Shown: positions 1-13,524, counted from the first letter of the stretch. The stretch: DNA of 64,000 nucleotides from Antedon mediterranea (GCF_964355755.1 NC_092680.1:12905045-12969044), one strand, 5' to 3'. Made by a program: numbers and translations. Notes: generated from the letters alone by a model not told the origin.

Positions 1-420
1 GACCTAGCGTACACACTTCTCGGATACATGGATACTAATCGAATACGATTGTCCGTGAAAACGTTCGCCCTCTCGAAGTGATCGATCGAGGCTAGCCCAC
101 ACACACGTACGTGTTACACACACGGTCATGCACTCGATGTTGCGGGTGCGAAACTCATGAATAACAAGTTAGAAAGAACTCGTTGAGGCTGGGCGCGGCC
201 GAGCCTAGGCCTAGGTAAGAAAAAACCTAAATAAAGGACGCCGTTGTAGATATAACAAAATTATTATTACAATAATATTGATTACAATTTAAGAAAAAAT
301 TGTTTTTATGAAATATAAGGTGCGTCTTATACATCGACGATATAAAAAATACCGATATTTTACTCTCAGTTAGGGGGTGCGTCTTATACACAGGTGCGAC
401 TTATACACCGAAATATACGG
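1..420. mobile_element. Right end of a Tc1/mariner (pogo/Tc2-like) non-autonomous DNA transposon
   Basis: Subterminal GGTGCG(T/A)CTTATAC repeats at about 319, 376 and 393. Terminus ...aaatatacgg followed by TA. Left end lies outside the window. Confidence 0.6.
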
Positions 421-789
421 TACACAAATTTTGACATTAATATGTACACAGAAATAATTAATATCAGGATGTACAAAACAACTATGAAACATAATTTGAA
501 TGATGTATTCATTTATTAAATTTACAAGCAATGGCAGATGTTTGGAGGTTTGACGGTTGTTCTGCTACAACACTACTTGCATGCTTAAAGGGCTAAAGCT
601 CTGATTACACTATCAAACTTTATACAGTATGACAAAAAAGTGTAATGTGGCCATATGTAGACACAATGTCATATCACTACCTTATTTGGGCATATCGCTA
701 CCATATTTGGGCACATCACATTTTTTGTCACATAAAGTTTGATAGTGTAAACAGAGCTTAACAACATGTTATGAACTGTCAAGTATTAC

Positions 790-909
790 CATTTCAATGT
801 TATTGATGCTAGCAGCTTTGTTTGTCCAGAAGTTAGTCAGTTTACCCTGCGATTCTGATGCAACATCTTCTGCAGACGTTGCCACCGCTTGTGAATTGTT
901 TGTGTTCAT
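790..909 (-). CDS. NFYC: First coding exon of a nuclear transcription factor Y subunit gamma (NF-YC)-like gene; the gene continues off the left edge
   Basis: Acceptor tctag|A then ATG. Encodes MNTNNSQAVATSAEDVASESQGKLTNFWTNKAASINNIEM, then a phase-0 GTAATA donor. Resembles the NF-YC N-terminus ([23 protein letters not shown]). The histone fold is not in the window. Probable non-coding exon donor GTAAGT at about 1492. Confidence 0.6.
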
Positions 910-1734
910 TCTAGACAATAATATGAAAATAATCTATTCAAATAAACATTTTAGTCACTCTAGTATAAACATATACAACTGAGATTGACTTTTTCATCAG
1001 TACTTCTATGAATGGATGATTCGTTGGGAACATGAACGCTAGTTGATCATACCCAGTACCGTATTGATCGTAGGATCATTCGGGAAAACACCTCACAACA
1101 ATAATATGATAATAAGCGATTATTCAATAAATTTAATATTTTAGTAACTCTATAAATATAAAACTGAGTTGTTATTGCTGCAGCTTTGATGGGTATGAGG
1201 ATTTTATTACCTTGCAATCCATTATTATTAAGCTTACTCCTAAGAACAGTTTTTGTTGGTAAGATATTACAGGATTGAACCCCGGACCTTGGTTGGTATT
1301 GGAAGGCAAGCTGAGCAAATTAGGCCTGCTCCACTATTATCCATCCATTTTACATTGATTACATTGTTATAAGAATACAATAAATAACTAGCATCATTCC
1401 ATCACTCCGTTGAGTTCGAGTAACATTTGTTCAATTTAGCTAGTCAACAGAACAGATGAACCTTCAGTTCACTGTACTGAGCACGAACTTACTGTATGTA
1501 TAGGCTATAATTTATGTCAACTAACCAGCGCGCACGAGGCGAGGGCCTAGTGAAAGAGAGAGGGGTGAATTTTAAATCAAAATAGTATCAATTATTGATG
1601 AGAGAATAAGTCTAAATTTTGTATTACATGTCAGGATATCTGGTCCTGGAAAGCTTTGATAAATGATGGATCCGATTTGCTAGAAGTTCGACCAACCAAG
1701 CTTTGTACAAATGTTTTTCCACAATACCGATGGA

Positions 1735-1788
1735 CCAATGGCTAAGGAACATACACCGTCCAATCAGCACATAAAATGGCCGACCAAT
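1735..1788. promoter_or_regulatory. Three CCAAT boxes plus a YY1-like AAAATGGC motif in the putative promoter of the NF-YC-like gene
   Basis: GACCAATGG (CCAAT at 1735), GTCCAATCAG (1760) and GACCAATCGC (1784), spaced 24-25 bp apart. AAAATGGCCG at about 1773. Confidence 0.6.
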
Positions 1789-3296
1789 CGCGTCAGAGCG
1801 GGTAAACATTCATACGATATCCACCTCTTGTGGCATATGAGAACCTTTAAATTAACTGATTACAGTATATACTTTTAAAGTATTATTTCTAAACAACATC
1901 AGAATTAATTTGAATCTATAAAATCTACAAATACTTACTTAAATACCAAAATTGAAACACTCTTTGTCTCCAAATCTGAGATGAAAGCGAGCGAAATGGC
2001 TGAATTGACAATCGTGAAGGACGAGTTTATTATTTAAGAGGGGAGAAACAAAATTAATTTTCATTGTTTTTTAGATCAAACACTGAAACAAATGTCAATG
2101 TCTAACGTGCAGTATATTTCAAATGTACATATTCTATATAACTATTAAATCTTTGCAATATAACTAGCGATAATAATATCACATATTTACATGGGAGGGT
2201 GGACAGCTCCTACTACAGTATCTTATTTGGAATGCAATATATTGGACGATACCATTATCTTAAAAGGAGTGTAAACGGGAATTTCCACACCTCGTTTCCT
2301 TTTGCGATATAAGAATTAATTGGAAAGGGAGTGTTTTTACATTTTTTATTCACATTTTTTTAATGACAAATGTCTAGAAATATGGTGTTTGTTAATTAAT
2401 TAAATTTCGCTAAAAAATACATTTTCAATTTAAAATTAATAATTGCGAGTCATTTATTGAGGCGTAATTATAAATAAAATCGCACTATATGTTTTAATTT
2501 CATCATTTTGTTATATTGACTTATAAAATATAATAAATAGTGAAGTAGTAGGCCTAAATAGATAGTGATTATGTATGCATCGATAGCTTACCCATTTCCT
2601 ATATTTTCCTTTTGGAAATCCGTATAAATATAACACACTTTCCCACCAGTATACCGTCCCAACAGCATTTCTGACATCAACATGCTCAGCGATAGACCAC
2701 AATTTAACTCCGATAAAGGAAACAACGTAACAGACTTCACTCTTATGTATGGTAAAACAATAGTGACAAAAAACACTATGCAATTAGAAAATAAATTATT
2801 GTTATATATATTTATTAGGTCATTATTAATTATTGTTAATGTTTATAAGCAAAGATGACAACATTTACATAAATCATATGCAGGATATGTCAAACCAAAG
2901 TCAAAATAAACATTATTTATGTAATAAAATATTGTACAACAGTATCTGCTACACAGGCAAATGAAAGCCAACATAAAACAATTACATTATCTAGTGGCTG
3001 GAAAGGAGGCCAAACGGCGTCATAACGCATAGCATTCAACTGAAGAATTCAAGCTGATAGCTAGACGAAACTGTCTTGAAAGGTATAATATAAGTTAATA
3101 AAATTATACTTAAAAAAGCATTATTACTATTGTACCTAATTACTAATAATATAATCTTTGTTCGACTTCAATTCATCACTAAAGATCAAGGAAAATACAT
3201 ATGTGTGTTGGGACACAACACGATGCTTTATTTAAGAACGTGAGAGAGAGATTGAGAGGTTAACACTATCTTAGAGCAATCAATATCAATGTAAAA

Positions 3297-4496
3297 CTAG
3301 ATTTGAACTCGTCACTTCGGACGAGTTAGGTTATCCGCAGCGCAAAGGCCACGCGCACGTCATACGTTAGAATATTGCGCGCAGAAAAACGATTATGCCA
3401 TTGAAAAAATGTTAGTGCGCTCTCTATTTTGCGTCACGTCAAAGTATATACGGTATATACACTATATTCTGTATACGTACTACATACAGTGCAGAATAGG
3501 TGAAAATAAGGGACCCAAGTTATTGACGCTTTTGGACATGATGATGTCATCACAATTTAAAAAATGGTAGATTATGCGAAAGATAATTGATTGGCCTAGA
3601 CAATATATCAAAATGGGGGGAAATGGAATACGGATAAGTGGAGATGCGCTCTATTAAATGTGATGAGCTATGCGAAAGAGACAAAAATCCTATATTTTAT
3701 ATTCGAGTGGCCATACGATGACGTCATAATATTCGGTTAGCCATATCAATGCAAGATTCGATAAATACAACCCATCTACTTCCAGAATATGTAATTTTAA
3801 AAAAGTTCACCACGTAGTTTAGAATTTACGACCGTTTTAAGAAAGGCATAATTTTCACAAATTTTTGAACTTTTTCATAAAAAACGCACGCAAATTGTCC
3901 AATTCTACGTGCTCGTATGACGTGATTTTAAGGCAAAATTGATTGAAAATTTGTAAATTTACTATAAAAGGCTGAAAAAACAAAAATCAAGCAAAAAAAT
4001 GATGTTTTTGTGCTACGTGCACACGTGCGCGTAAAAAAATTGCGCACGCCTGGGAATTTTTTTAATGCTCAAAATGACATGAAACGCGTAGAAAGTTGAT
4101 TAGAAATTGATTTTTCGCATTTTGAAATTTTAAACGCGCGTGTGTGCGTAATTTTTTTGAAACATGCCATTTTTAATCCATAGAAAGTTTGCCCTTGATA
4201 TAACTTAAATTTTCACTAAGTGTCAATACAAAATGACTTTTAGTTTTTAATCTATGATCAATCATTGAAATTCATAAAATCGCGCGTAACTTACGCTGCG
4301 CAACTCGGACGTGACCGAAAACCTTATTACGACATCTTCAGATAGAGGTCAATCTTCTGCTAAAGTTATACAATGTTATGTTGAGAAGATTTAGAGATAC
4401 ACTAGCAACAAAATTCTGGGAAAGAAAGAAGAACATAGAAAAAAAAAAAAGATCCTGACAATAACAAGGGGTTATCCGCCAAGTGCGGATAACCAA
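3297..4496 (-). mobile_element. Helentron/DINE-1-like non-autonomous rolling-circle element (copy A)
   Basis: One end has the palindrome GGTTATCCGC-caagt-GCGGATAACC. The other end has subTIR GGTTATCCGC, hairpin AACTCGTC-acttcg-GACGAGTT and terminal CTAG in T/A context. Highly similar to 45365-46549. Confidence 0.75.
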
Positions 4497-4789
4497 TAAA
4501 ATTATATACTTTGAATAAAAAGTATGGAGAATTGTTAAAGATTTATTTATTAGGCCGTTTCTTACTGCAGTTTACACACACACCACGACGCATACTATAC
4601 AATACACCCATGTTGACATATTGGTGTGTGTAAACTCCGGAACTTTGCCAGGAGATGTGAAAGCAGTAATGACTAATTTCTTCTCATCAATGATCTAGTG
4701 TAGATAGTATTAGTATATGAATTAAAATATAATTTAAAGATGAAAATCAAGAGATGGGAATGTAAAACAATATTATGCTATAAAGCACC

Positions 4790-4972
4790 TAACTCAATAC
4801 TATTTATCAGCTTTATATTATGCCATAAAGGATGTAACTCAATACTGTTTATCAGCTTTATATTATGCCATAAAGGACCTAAAATCACCACCTAACTCAG
4901 ATACAAGTAAACAGCTTAATATTATGCCATAAAGCATTTAAAGTCACCACCCAACTCAAATACTAACAGCTT
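4790..4972. repeat. About 4 degenerate tandem copies of a 45-55 bp unit downstream of the LAPTM4 stop codon
   Basis: Recurrent AACTCAATAC...CAGCTTTATATTATGCCATAAAG. Confidence 0.7.
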
Positions 4973-5357
4973 TAAAAATATAGTACTCAAGCTGATTCAA
5001 TGTACATTACAATTCATGTGTTCACATTGACACAGATCTGTGCTTTACTATTGCCAATATTATACTTATTAATGTTGAAAATGTGTTCCAATCCATGATT
5101 ATTATATTTATACTTAACAATAATCATCTTTAAAAAAACATTTTAAAAGTTTAAACTATTACAATTTGATTTTCATTTAATTTTAGCACGAGAATTTGTT
5201 TGTGCTCGTCAATATCTCCCAAAAGATAAGTTGAACATTGAACATAATGGGGGTGTATCAATTGCTAAATAAGATAATTTTTATCAATAAATGGATTTTA
5301 TTTTCCACTAATCTATGTAGATATGATACTATTGAGTGTGCTGTTGAAGCTGTTCCA

Positions 5358-8300
5358 CTAGGGTTCATATGCTGGTGGCTTCTCCCATTTTTCCATTTCT
5401 ACAACCTCTTCATAGGCAGGTGGCTTTGGAATCAGTGCCTAGAATAAGACAAAATACTTATGTTAGAATGAGACAAAATACTTAAAATGAGACAAAATAT
5501 TTAAGTCAAACTGAGACAAAATATTTGAGTTACAGTAATATAACACAACGTTCTTGATACATAAGAGAACAGAAGTCAAAAACGGTTACCAAATATGATT
5601 ACATAACGTAGCCATTTTACAACTGAAATTGCAATAATACCATAAGTATGGAATAAAAAACCGATAAATTGTCCTTAAATTAATTATAAGTACACAGACT
5701 AAATGAATATATCATCAAACAGAGCCCATTTATAGTTGTAAAATAAACCCAAGAACTTTTACGCTGATTTGTTAAAATAATTTACCTCCATGTCATCTGT
5801 AACATAACCTCCTGTAGGTGAGAATTCTACAGCTGCAATGTATTTATAACAAGCCCACACACAAGATATGCAGTATCCCTGTGAACACAAAACAACTATT
5901 ATAAGTAGAAAGACAGCACAAGAAAGTAAACTAAATGATTTTTGTCACACAAATGATGATCTTTGACCTCTCTGCGACCTTAATTTGTGCCGTGTACAAG
6001 AAATTGGCTTAAAAATATATGTTATAAAAATATTATATTATATAATACAATTGTAGTTTATGGGCAGTTATCTGTCCCTTTTAGGAGCTTTAAGGCTTTT
6101 AAGACAAGAAATAACCTGGTTTAAAGTTATTTATATGCATTATATTTACAAAACGTCAACATTTGCAGGTCTAGTGTCTTTAAAATCTACAGTAAGGTAG
6201 AAATAGGAAGTCAACCATTCGATCTCTTAAAACTAATATTCTATTAAAACATCCCTTTAACAGTTTCAACACAATAGCACAATGCACCAACTAGACAATG
6301 TGTAACTATTGAGTCTAACAATTGATGTGTTTATAGGATGGGTAGCAAGCCTGTATTGTGTAAGGCACTATCTACACTATCAAACTTTATGTGACAAAAA
6401 AATGTGATGTGCCCATGATGATGTCATATCACCAGCATATTTTTAAGCATATCAATGCTATATTTATGCACATAACACTTTTTTTTGTCAAACTTGATAG
6501 TGTAGACAGAGCCTAATGGCTTGTGATAAGTTCGCAACAAATAGCATCGCAACAAAACACAAACCTTAAAGACCATGATAATCATGAAGACAATAACAGC
6601 AATAGCCATGAATCCTGGACCATCTAGGTCATAGTTTGACACTGGTAACTGTTCTTTCCAATGCATAAATTCCTGGTTGTATGGAAATTGTGCCTAGATT
6701 AACAAAAGATATAAGAAATGAAGAATGTGTAACATGTATGCACACAGGGATATCATTATTAGAAATTTCTAAAGCTCTGTCTACACTATCAAATTTATGT
6801 GACAAAAAAACGTGATGTGCCCATATATACACATGATTGAAAATGTTCATCTGGTTTGTAGTAACAAGTTATTTGAAATGTTCTTTTTTTCAAACCAACA
6901 ATTAGTAAACTAACCTAATGACAGTTTCGCTGTCCTTATCTGAAACTGTCAAGGTTAGTTTACTAATTGTTGGTTTGAAAAAAGAACATTTAAAATAAAT
7001 GATGATGTCATATCACTACCATATTTAGGCACATCAAACTTTTTTGTCAAACCAGTTTGATATTGTAGACAGAGCTTAAGATGTCTAAATGTCCAAGACA
7101 ATGCCATGATTTTAATTGCGTGGAAAGCTAACCTAAAGCTTTCACCTAGAATGTTTTTAAAACTTATCTCAGACCCAATTGAATGTAAATGATTGATATC
7201 AAAAGTTACAAAATACCGCTTCTATTGGTGCAAATTTGTATCAATAAATGTTATGTACTACTACAATTTTAACCCAAAAAAAAGAGTATATATACTGCAC
7301 TACTGAACAACTGTTTTTTGTGCAGTTAATATAGTACTGTAGAATACAGTTAACAGTACTTACACGGTCTTTGTATCTGGATAGTAGGAAAGGACACCAA
7401 CCGCAGTTAAACACGAGACAAAGAACAATACTTACACTGTCTTTATAATCAGTATCTGGATAGTAGGAAAGGACACCAATCGCAGTTAAACACGAGACAA
7501 AGAACAATACTTACACTGTCTTTATAATCAGTATCTGGATAGTAGGAAAGGACACCAATCGCAGTTAAACACGAGACAAAGAACAATACTTACACTGTCT
7601 TTATAATCAGTATCTGGATAGTAGGAAAGGACACCAATCGCAGTTAAACACGAGACAAAGAACAATACTTACACTGTCTTTATAATCAGTATCTGGATAG
7701 TAGGAAAGGACACCAATCGCAGTTAAACACGAGACAAAGAACAATACTTACACTGTCTTTATAATCAGTATCTGGATAGTAGGAAAGGACACCAATCGCA
7801 GTTAAACACGAGACAAAGAACAATACTTACACTGTCTTTATAATCAGTATCTGGATAGTAGGAAAGGACACCAATCGCAGTTAAACACGAGACAAAGAAG
7901 TCAAATTGCATCAAACAGAAGAAAGGCAGCAAGTAACTGGAACGGTACTGAAAACAAAGGATAACAAGTAGAAATTATTGTATTATAATTATATTTCATT
8001 TTGTAATTTATTTATGCTTACTCTATGTTCCATTTTAATTTCATAAATAATATTGATTTACTTTTGTTAATGCTCTGTCTACACTATCAAAATGTGATGT
8101 GGCCAAATATGGTCATGATGATGTCATATAACTACCATATATGGGCACAATTTTTTATCACATGAAGTTTGATAGTTTAGACAGAACTTAAGACAATTCC
8201 TACTTTATTATTTAATGTAAATACCTAGTCCAAAATAAATGTGTTCAGACGTAAGATTATACATGAAATTTTTAGCACAAATCAAAATGTGATCTATGAA

Positions 8301-11300
8301 TGACTACAATGAATTTAAGTAGAAATAACCTTTTTAAGTAATTACTCAACATTATTACATTATTGAGACAGTCATGCATATTAGTATTATTTATGATAAA
8401 AAATGCATGAAATAAAACATGCACAGATGGTACAAATGCATGAATGAATGAACTATTCAACTAAATAGGGTCAGGGGTCAGAGTGCGAGGGGAGAGCAGG
8501 TCAAATGCGCAACTACAATTAATCATGCTTAACACTACTGTATCACTTTCTTTTTTCTCAAATGAATAAAATTGGTGTTGTCATTTTATCCAATCCATCT
8601 TTTAATCATTTATGTATCCATCAGTTGTTTGAATATAACAGTTGGGGAACCATATACATTTAGACCAGTACTACCGAATACTACTAATATTATTAACAGT
8701 TAATTTTCAAATTTTGATCTTTAATATCCAATTATGAAATTTCACATATGTACACTATACATTACAGTAATTTTTTTATTAAATTATGAAATTTGTAAAT
8801 GTGTACGTTATAATAGTACATTAATTATAACTTACTGAATGTCCTCAAACAAACAATTTAAGAACATTGTCACAATGCTTTATGTAGCAACAAAAACTCT
8901 TCCACACATTATACTAAACTATAGTTTATTGTTAGTTTATGCTACTGTATAGAAGCTGTTCCAATGTTAACGTGATGCAAATTAAACAAAGTATAAAATA
9001 CCTTGACAACACCCCAAATCATAAGTATTGACAGATAAGCTGCTGTAGTGACGATACACATGGCTACAACATACTCAGCTAAGATGATTGAACATAAAGA
9101 TATTAAGCACACAATTTAGCAAAGGCAAGTATACTTGAGAACCTTCCAAATATGGAAACAGCATACCAAAAAAGAATAGAAGTACAGCAGGCTGTTCTAT
9201 TGTTGTTTTTTAGGGTATTAGTAGTAGACTTTTTCAAGGATGACCTATGGAACTAAATATTTGTTAACATTGGTTTTACCAAAAAAAAGTTTTTGGGTTT
9301 TTTTGTGGACGAACCAAAGCTGGTGTGCATATTTTTTAAATAAACGATAAATCAAGAACATTTCAAATTGATTGCATAAGCTTTTGAAAGTAAAACTGTT
9401 TAGTTTATATCACTATTGTTTATAGTAACTATGCCTCTCATTATGAATTTTTTTAGGCAAAGTTTAAAATGTAAAAAGTACATTGTTCATAATAATAATA
9501 ATGCAAAAGGATGTGAGCAAACTACTAACACAAAGCAATAATTAAAAGATATTGTATATTAAATATCAATAAAGCAAGAACTGAAGCAAACCAACAAAGA
9601 AACACTGTGTATTTAGTGGTAATGATTAAGCTCCGTCAACAATGGTAAAAAGAAGTTATTTTAAGTTAGTTAACTCTCAGAAGTAAAAAAAACATTTTCC
9701 TTATGGCGTTAAATCCTGTTCACTTTCCTATTTATACTGTAGGTGGCACTCCTGTCCACAGATAAACATGTACACACATTATGTTACACTTTCAAACACT
9801 ATCAGTATTATAAAATAAAAGACTTTTTAATTTTGATTGGATTTTAAAATGCAGTATTTCTATATTTACTATTTCCTATTTAACTATCACTTTATAATAA
9901 ATAATAAAACCTAAATTGTGAAACTTTTGAAATGGAAAAGATATCTGTACAGTATGTACTGGTATCAACTTATGAAACACAACACAATCATTATTTCACA
10001 AACATCAATTTAAAAATAACACTGCAATGTATGTGAATATTACAACAACAAAAGTACAAGCAAGAAATAAAAATGAAATTAAAGTTTTTTTGGGGTACAT
10101 AAAACACTTTGCAATGAAGCGCAGCAGAAAAATAGTGGTTGTTGTTTAATAAAATGCTTGTTCAGGGCCCATACAAACCTTGAGTGTTCCATGTAACATC
10201 ATAATTGTTATCATACAGTATACTACAAGGATGACCAAGCCAACACAATAATCAGCTAGTGAAAGTGAACACAAGAGAGAAAAAAATATAACGTTACTTT
10301 CTATGATTAATATAAGAAAGCTTTAACAATTTGATAACAAAAATAAGTACACAAAAATGTATACTGTTTAAAAACAACCGAGTACAGTTAGTACTAGTTA
10401 GTGCTACAACTCTCAGGTAGGAATCATGTTATGGTTAAACATATGCAACATAATAATACAGGAGAACCTCTGTCAAACTGACACCTTAGGGAGCAACAAA
10501 GCTACCCCTTAATGGGGTGCCTCCCCCCCCCCAATGAATATGGGTTGGCTGTAGTGTTAAAAAACTACTATTTCCCCCTAATTGGTTTCAGCACCCCTTT
10601 ATTAGGGGGTGTCTGTCCTAAAGAAGGTTTCTACTGTGTGTGTGTTTTTATACAAAAATACATTGTTGAGCTTTAGTGTGCAGTATATAGTGTATGTATT
10701 AAAAAAACACAATTGAACTGTTAAAATGCAGTCCAGCATAAAAAGATTCTACTGTAAGCATAAAAAACTGAATACAACAAAAAATATTGTTAAATTTTAA
10801 CACCAGCTTTGGTTTCTAGTTACGTGGGATGTAATTGGCAAAAGATTGTATTAAGAACTTTAAACTGTATGAAAGCACTACCAGCATGGCATAAAAGGAT
10901 GTAAACATGATGCCATAAAGTAGTATCAATTCAATATATTCATCTTGAAAACAAGATAATTATAGTCAGTCCCAAAATATAATAATTCTCAAATTTAAAA
11001 ATGGAATGAAAATGATGGGACGGTGTGTTATGAGAAAGAATTAAATGAATAATATATTTTAAATATTCAAAATTGTTCCAATCTGAAAAGAAAACTATAA
11101 AACAATGAAATATAATGAATCAATTACAATGTAATACTAACTGTACATATTTGGTTCATCTTTAAATAACTTTTATACATATTTTATGTGATGTAATACA
11201 TACAATATTAGTATATTTATTTGTAAAGTAAAGTTAATAATATTTTACTAAAATTTATTTTTCACAATTAAAATATTAAAGAGTGATTAAATTAAGAATC

Positions 11301-13008
11301 AGGTAAATCTACATATTAAAAAACATTTAATTGAAATAGTAAGGTGGACTTAAAAATAGGAATATTTTTGATAATAACTTACATGAATCGTGGGCATTCT
11401 CAATTGATTTCAGCTCTGGTTGCCTATCTTCGTAGCTTCCAAATGTTATAATCACCAACAACAGACCAATTCCCACGATTTGACCAATCTGAAACCATTT
11501 AGAAAAAAAAGGTTAGACTTAGTCTAGGCCTAGCTAGACGATAAAATGATGTTTATACGATCTAGATTATTTTTACTTTGTTCGATGAATATTTATTATT
11601 ATTATTAATATTAGGCCTATATTAATAATTGATTTTTCACGCTGCTGCTCTAGCCCGCTACGTCCCATTAGGACTACTCAATCAGAAGCTAAAGCAAGCA
11701 GCAGTTATAGTTCTAAGGACGACAGTTTAGCGAAAATGGAAACTCCACTATAATTTATTGATTCCAGCTGCTACAGTAGACCCAAAAAACGTCTGAGAAA
11801 AGAGTCTATTAGAACATGTTAAAATTACAAATCCCAAAGCATTTCTGGTATATTCACTGTCATTCATTGAATTATTATGCACTTGTCAATTGTATGACCC
11901 ACTATACGACCCCCGGGAGAGGTGCGTCATGGGTGCGTCATTTACAAATAATTACTGACGCAGGGGTGCGTCAAAAAACCTAGATGGTACGTCACATCAA
12001 TGAACAAGGTGTGTCAATGTCCGTCACTTTACCACCCACCATATCATAAACAACATGGTCACAGTGCGTCAAAATGGGTGCGTCATGGTCACCTAAAGGT
12101 AATTCACCTTTTTGACACACGGGTGCGTCATGGTATTCAAAAGTATGACGCACATCGGACAAATGGCGCACCTCTCCCGGGGGTCGTATAGTGGGTCATA
12201 CAATTGACAAGTGCATTATCGAAACAGTCCATTAAAGTTTGTGTTTGTAGTAGGATACTTCACACTCGAAATATCTACAGTAGGGTGATGAAGTGACCCC
12301 AAGACTTGACCTTAGCAATAAAATTAACTAAAGTGACAGAAATTGAGTATTCAAACGCAACCGATATGATTAAAATAGCGTACTACTAGAGGCGGCACTT
12401 CATTTAGTCATACCGAAATAAAACCGTGGGCGACTTTACGATGGGGCGACTTTGTAATGTGGCAACTGTGCCGCGGCGACTTTGTTTTGGGGCGACTTTG
12501 CGATGGGGCGACTTGACTGGATCCCCATAATAATTAGGCCTATTATTTAGGCCTATATAATAATATAATAAAGTATTGTAGCCTCCTAACTAAATATTAT
12601 TATCCTAGGCCCAGCCTATAATATATACATTTAATACATATAGGCCTAGCCTAGATTAAGAATAGCTAGGCCTAGCCTCAATCAAGTCAAGGCCTACTAC
12701 TACAGTAGTAGGCAGCTAATAATTTGCCTAGTAGGCCTAGGCCTAAATAAATAAATGTTATGATTCGATTATTCGTGGTGTTGGTCGTCTCAGAACCGTT
12801 TAGCATAGTGTTTGGCCTAGACTAGAAGTGTAGGGATGTAGGCCTAGTAGGCATAAAAATAGGTCTATCTAGGCCTAGGCCTAGTCCTCGAGGATGACAA
12901 GGAATCGGAATTCCGTTTGCTTACCAAATTCCAGACACCAATCAGCCCCGCACCAACCCTCACCGATACTGTATCACAGCAGCATTTTGGCTCGTTTGAG
13001 TAGGCCAT
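5358..13008 (-). CDS. LAPTM4: Lysosomal-associated transmembrane protein 4 (LAPTM4A/B-like), 7 exons, 228 aa
   Basis: Exons 12925-13008, 11383-11488, 10179-10255, 7831-7947, 6565-6693, 5786-5878 and 5358-5438, all GT-AG and in frame. Motifs: CCCDTVSVRVGAGLIGVW, YLLPFFCLMQFDFFVSCL, FPY, KGYCISCVWACYKYI, two C-terminal PPAY (PY) motifs and four hydrophobic segments. Confidence 0.92.
6773..7076. mobile_element. Harbinger-type MITE copy interrupted by a hairpin-containing insert
   Basis: TIR AGCTCTGTCTACACTATCAAA, TAA flanks. Internal inverted repeat at about 6869-6997. Confidence 0.75.
7359..7899 (-). repeat. 79-bp tandem array derived from the 3' part of LAPTM4 exon 4 plus its splice donor (7 copies including the real exon end)
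   Basis: Donor-containing units start at 7359, 7431, 7510, 7589, 7668, 7747 and 7826. The copy at 7359 has a 7-bp deletion. Confidence 0.95.
11878..12215. mobile_element. PIF/Harbinger-type MITE with about 50-bp perfect TIRs in LAPTM4 intron 1
   Basis: TGCACTTGTCAATTGTATGACCCACTATACGACCCCCGGGAGAGGTGCG and its exact reverse complement. TTA target duplication. Internal GGTGCGTCA repeats. Confidence 0.85.
12428..12526. mobile_element. Terminal fragment of a DNA transposon with GGGCGACTT subterminal repeats
   Basis: About 5 spaced copies of GGCGACTT, ending in GACTGGATCCC. Other end not recognised. Confidence 0.45.
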
Positions 13009-13524
13009 GATAAAACCTATTTTACGACCGTTATGCTGCTACAAAATTAACTACCACTAGAAGAAAAATCTAAATTTTATGTTAAGTGTATTTGCCAACA
13101 AAACATTTAACCAACAGAGAAAAGTTTCACACTTTTCCTGTTGTATTTTCCCAACTTGTCTTCGTTTCGTCGTATTCTCTCTTCCTCAGCTCTCTCATCA
13201 TTCAGCCTCTCAAAGAAAAAAAAACACACAAAGCCTCTTTACATTGTTATTCTTCCGCGTAGTACTAAACAAACTGCAAAACATTTCTTCATTTTAAACA
13301 TTCGTAAAATTTAAGTTAAATTATTCAGTTATGATATATAATGTAATGTCTAAAGACGTAATTTAGTAAAATAATTAGTATTCTATCATTATAAAAAAAA
13401 TAATGTAGAAAAATAGTCCCTTAAATGTTGGTGGCGCTTTTCAAATTGATAAAGGTGGCGCTATTATCAAAACAAAAATGGCAGCGCCCATGTGTTAACT
13501 TTTTCTTTTTGCAGTCGGAACAAA
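13009..13524. promoter_or_regulatory. Compact bidirectional promoter and 5' UTRs between LAPTM4 and NME6
   Basis: Divergent ATGs about 517 bp apart. Two GGTGGCGCT motifs (about 13430 and 13454) and a YY1-like AAAATGGCAG at about 13475. Confidence 0.65.
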
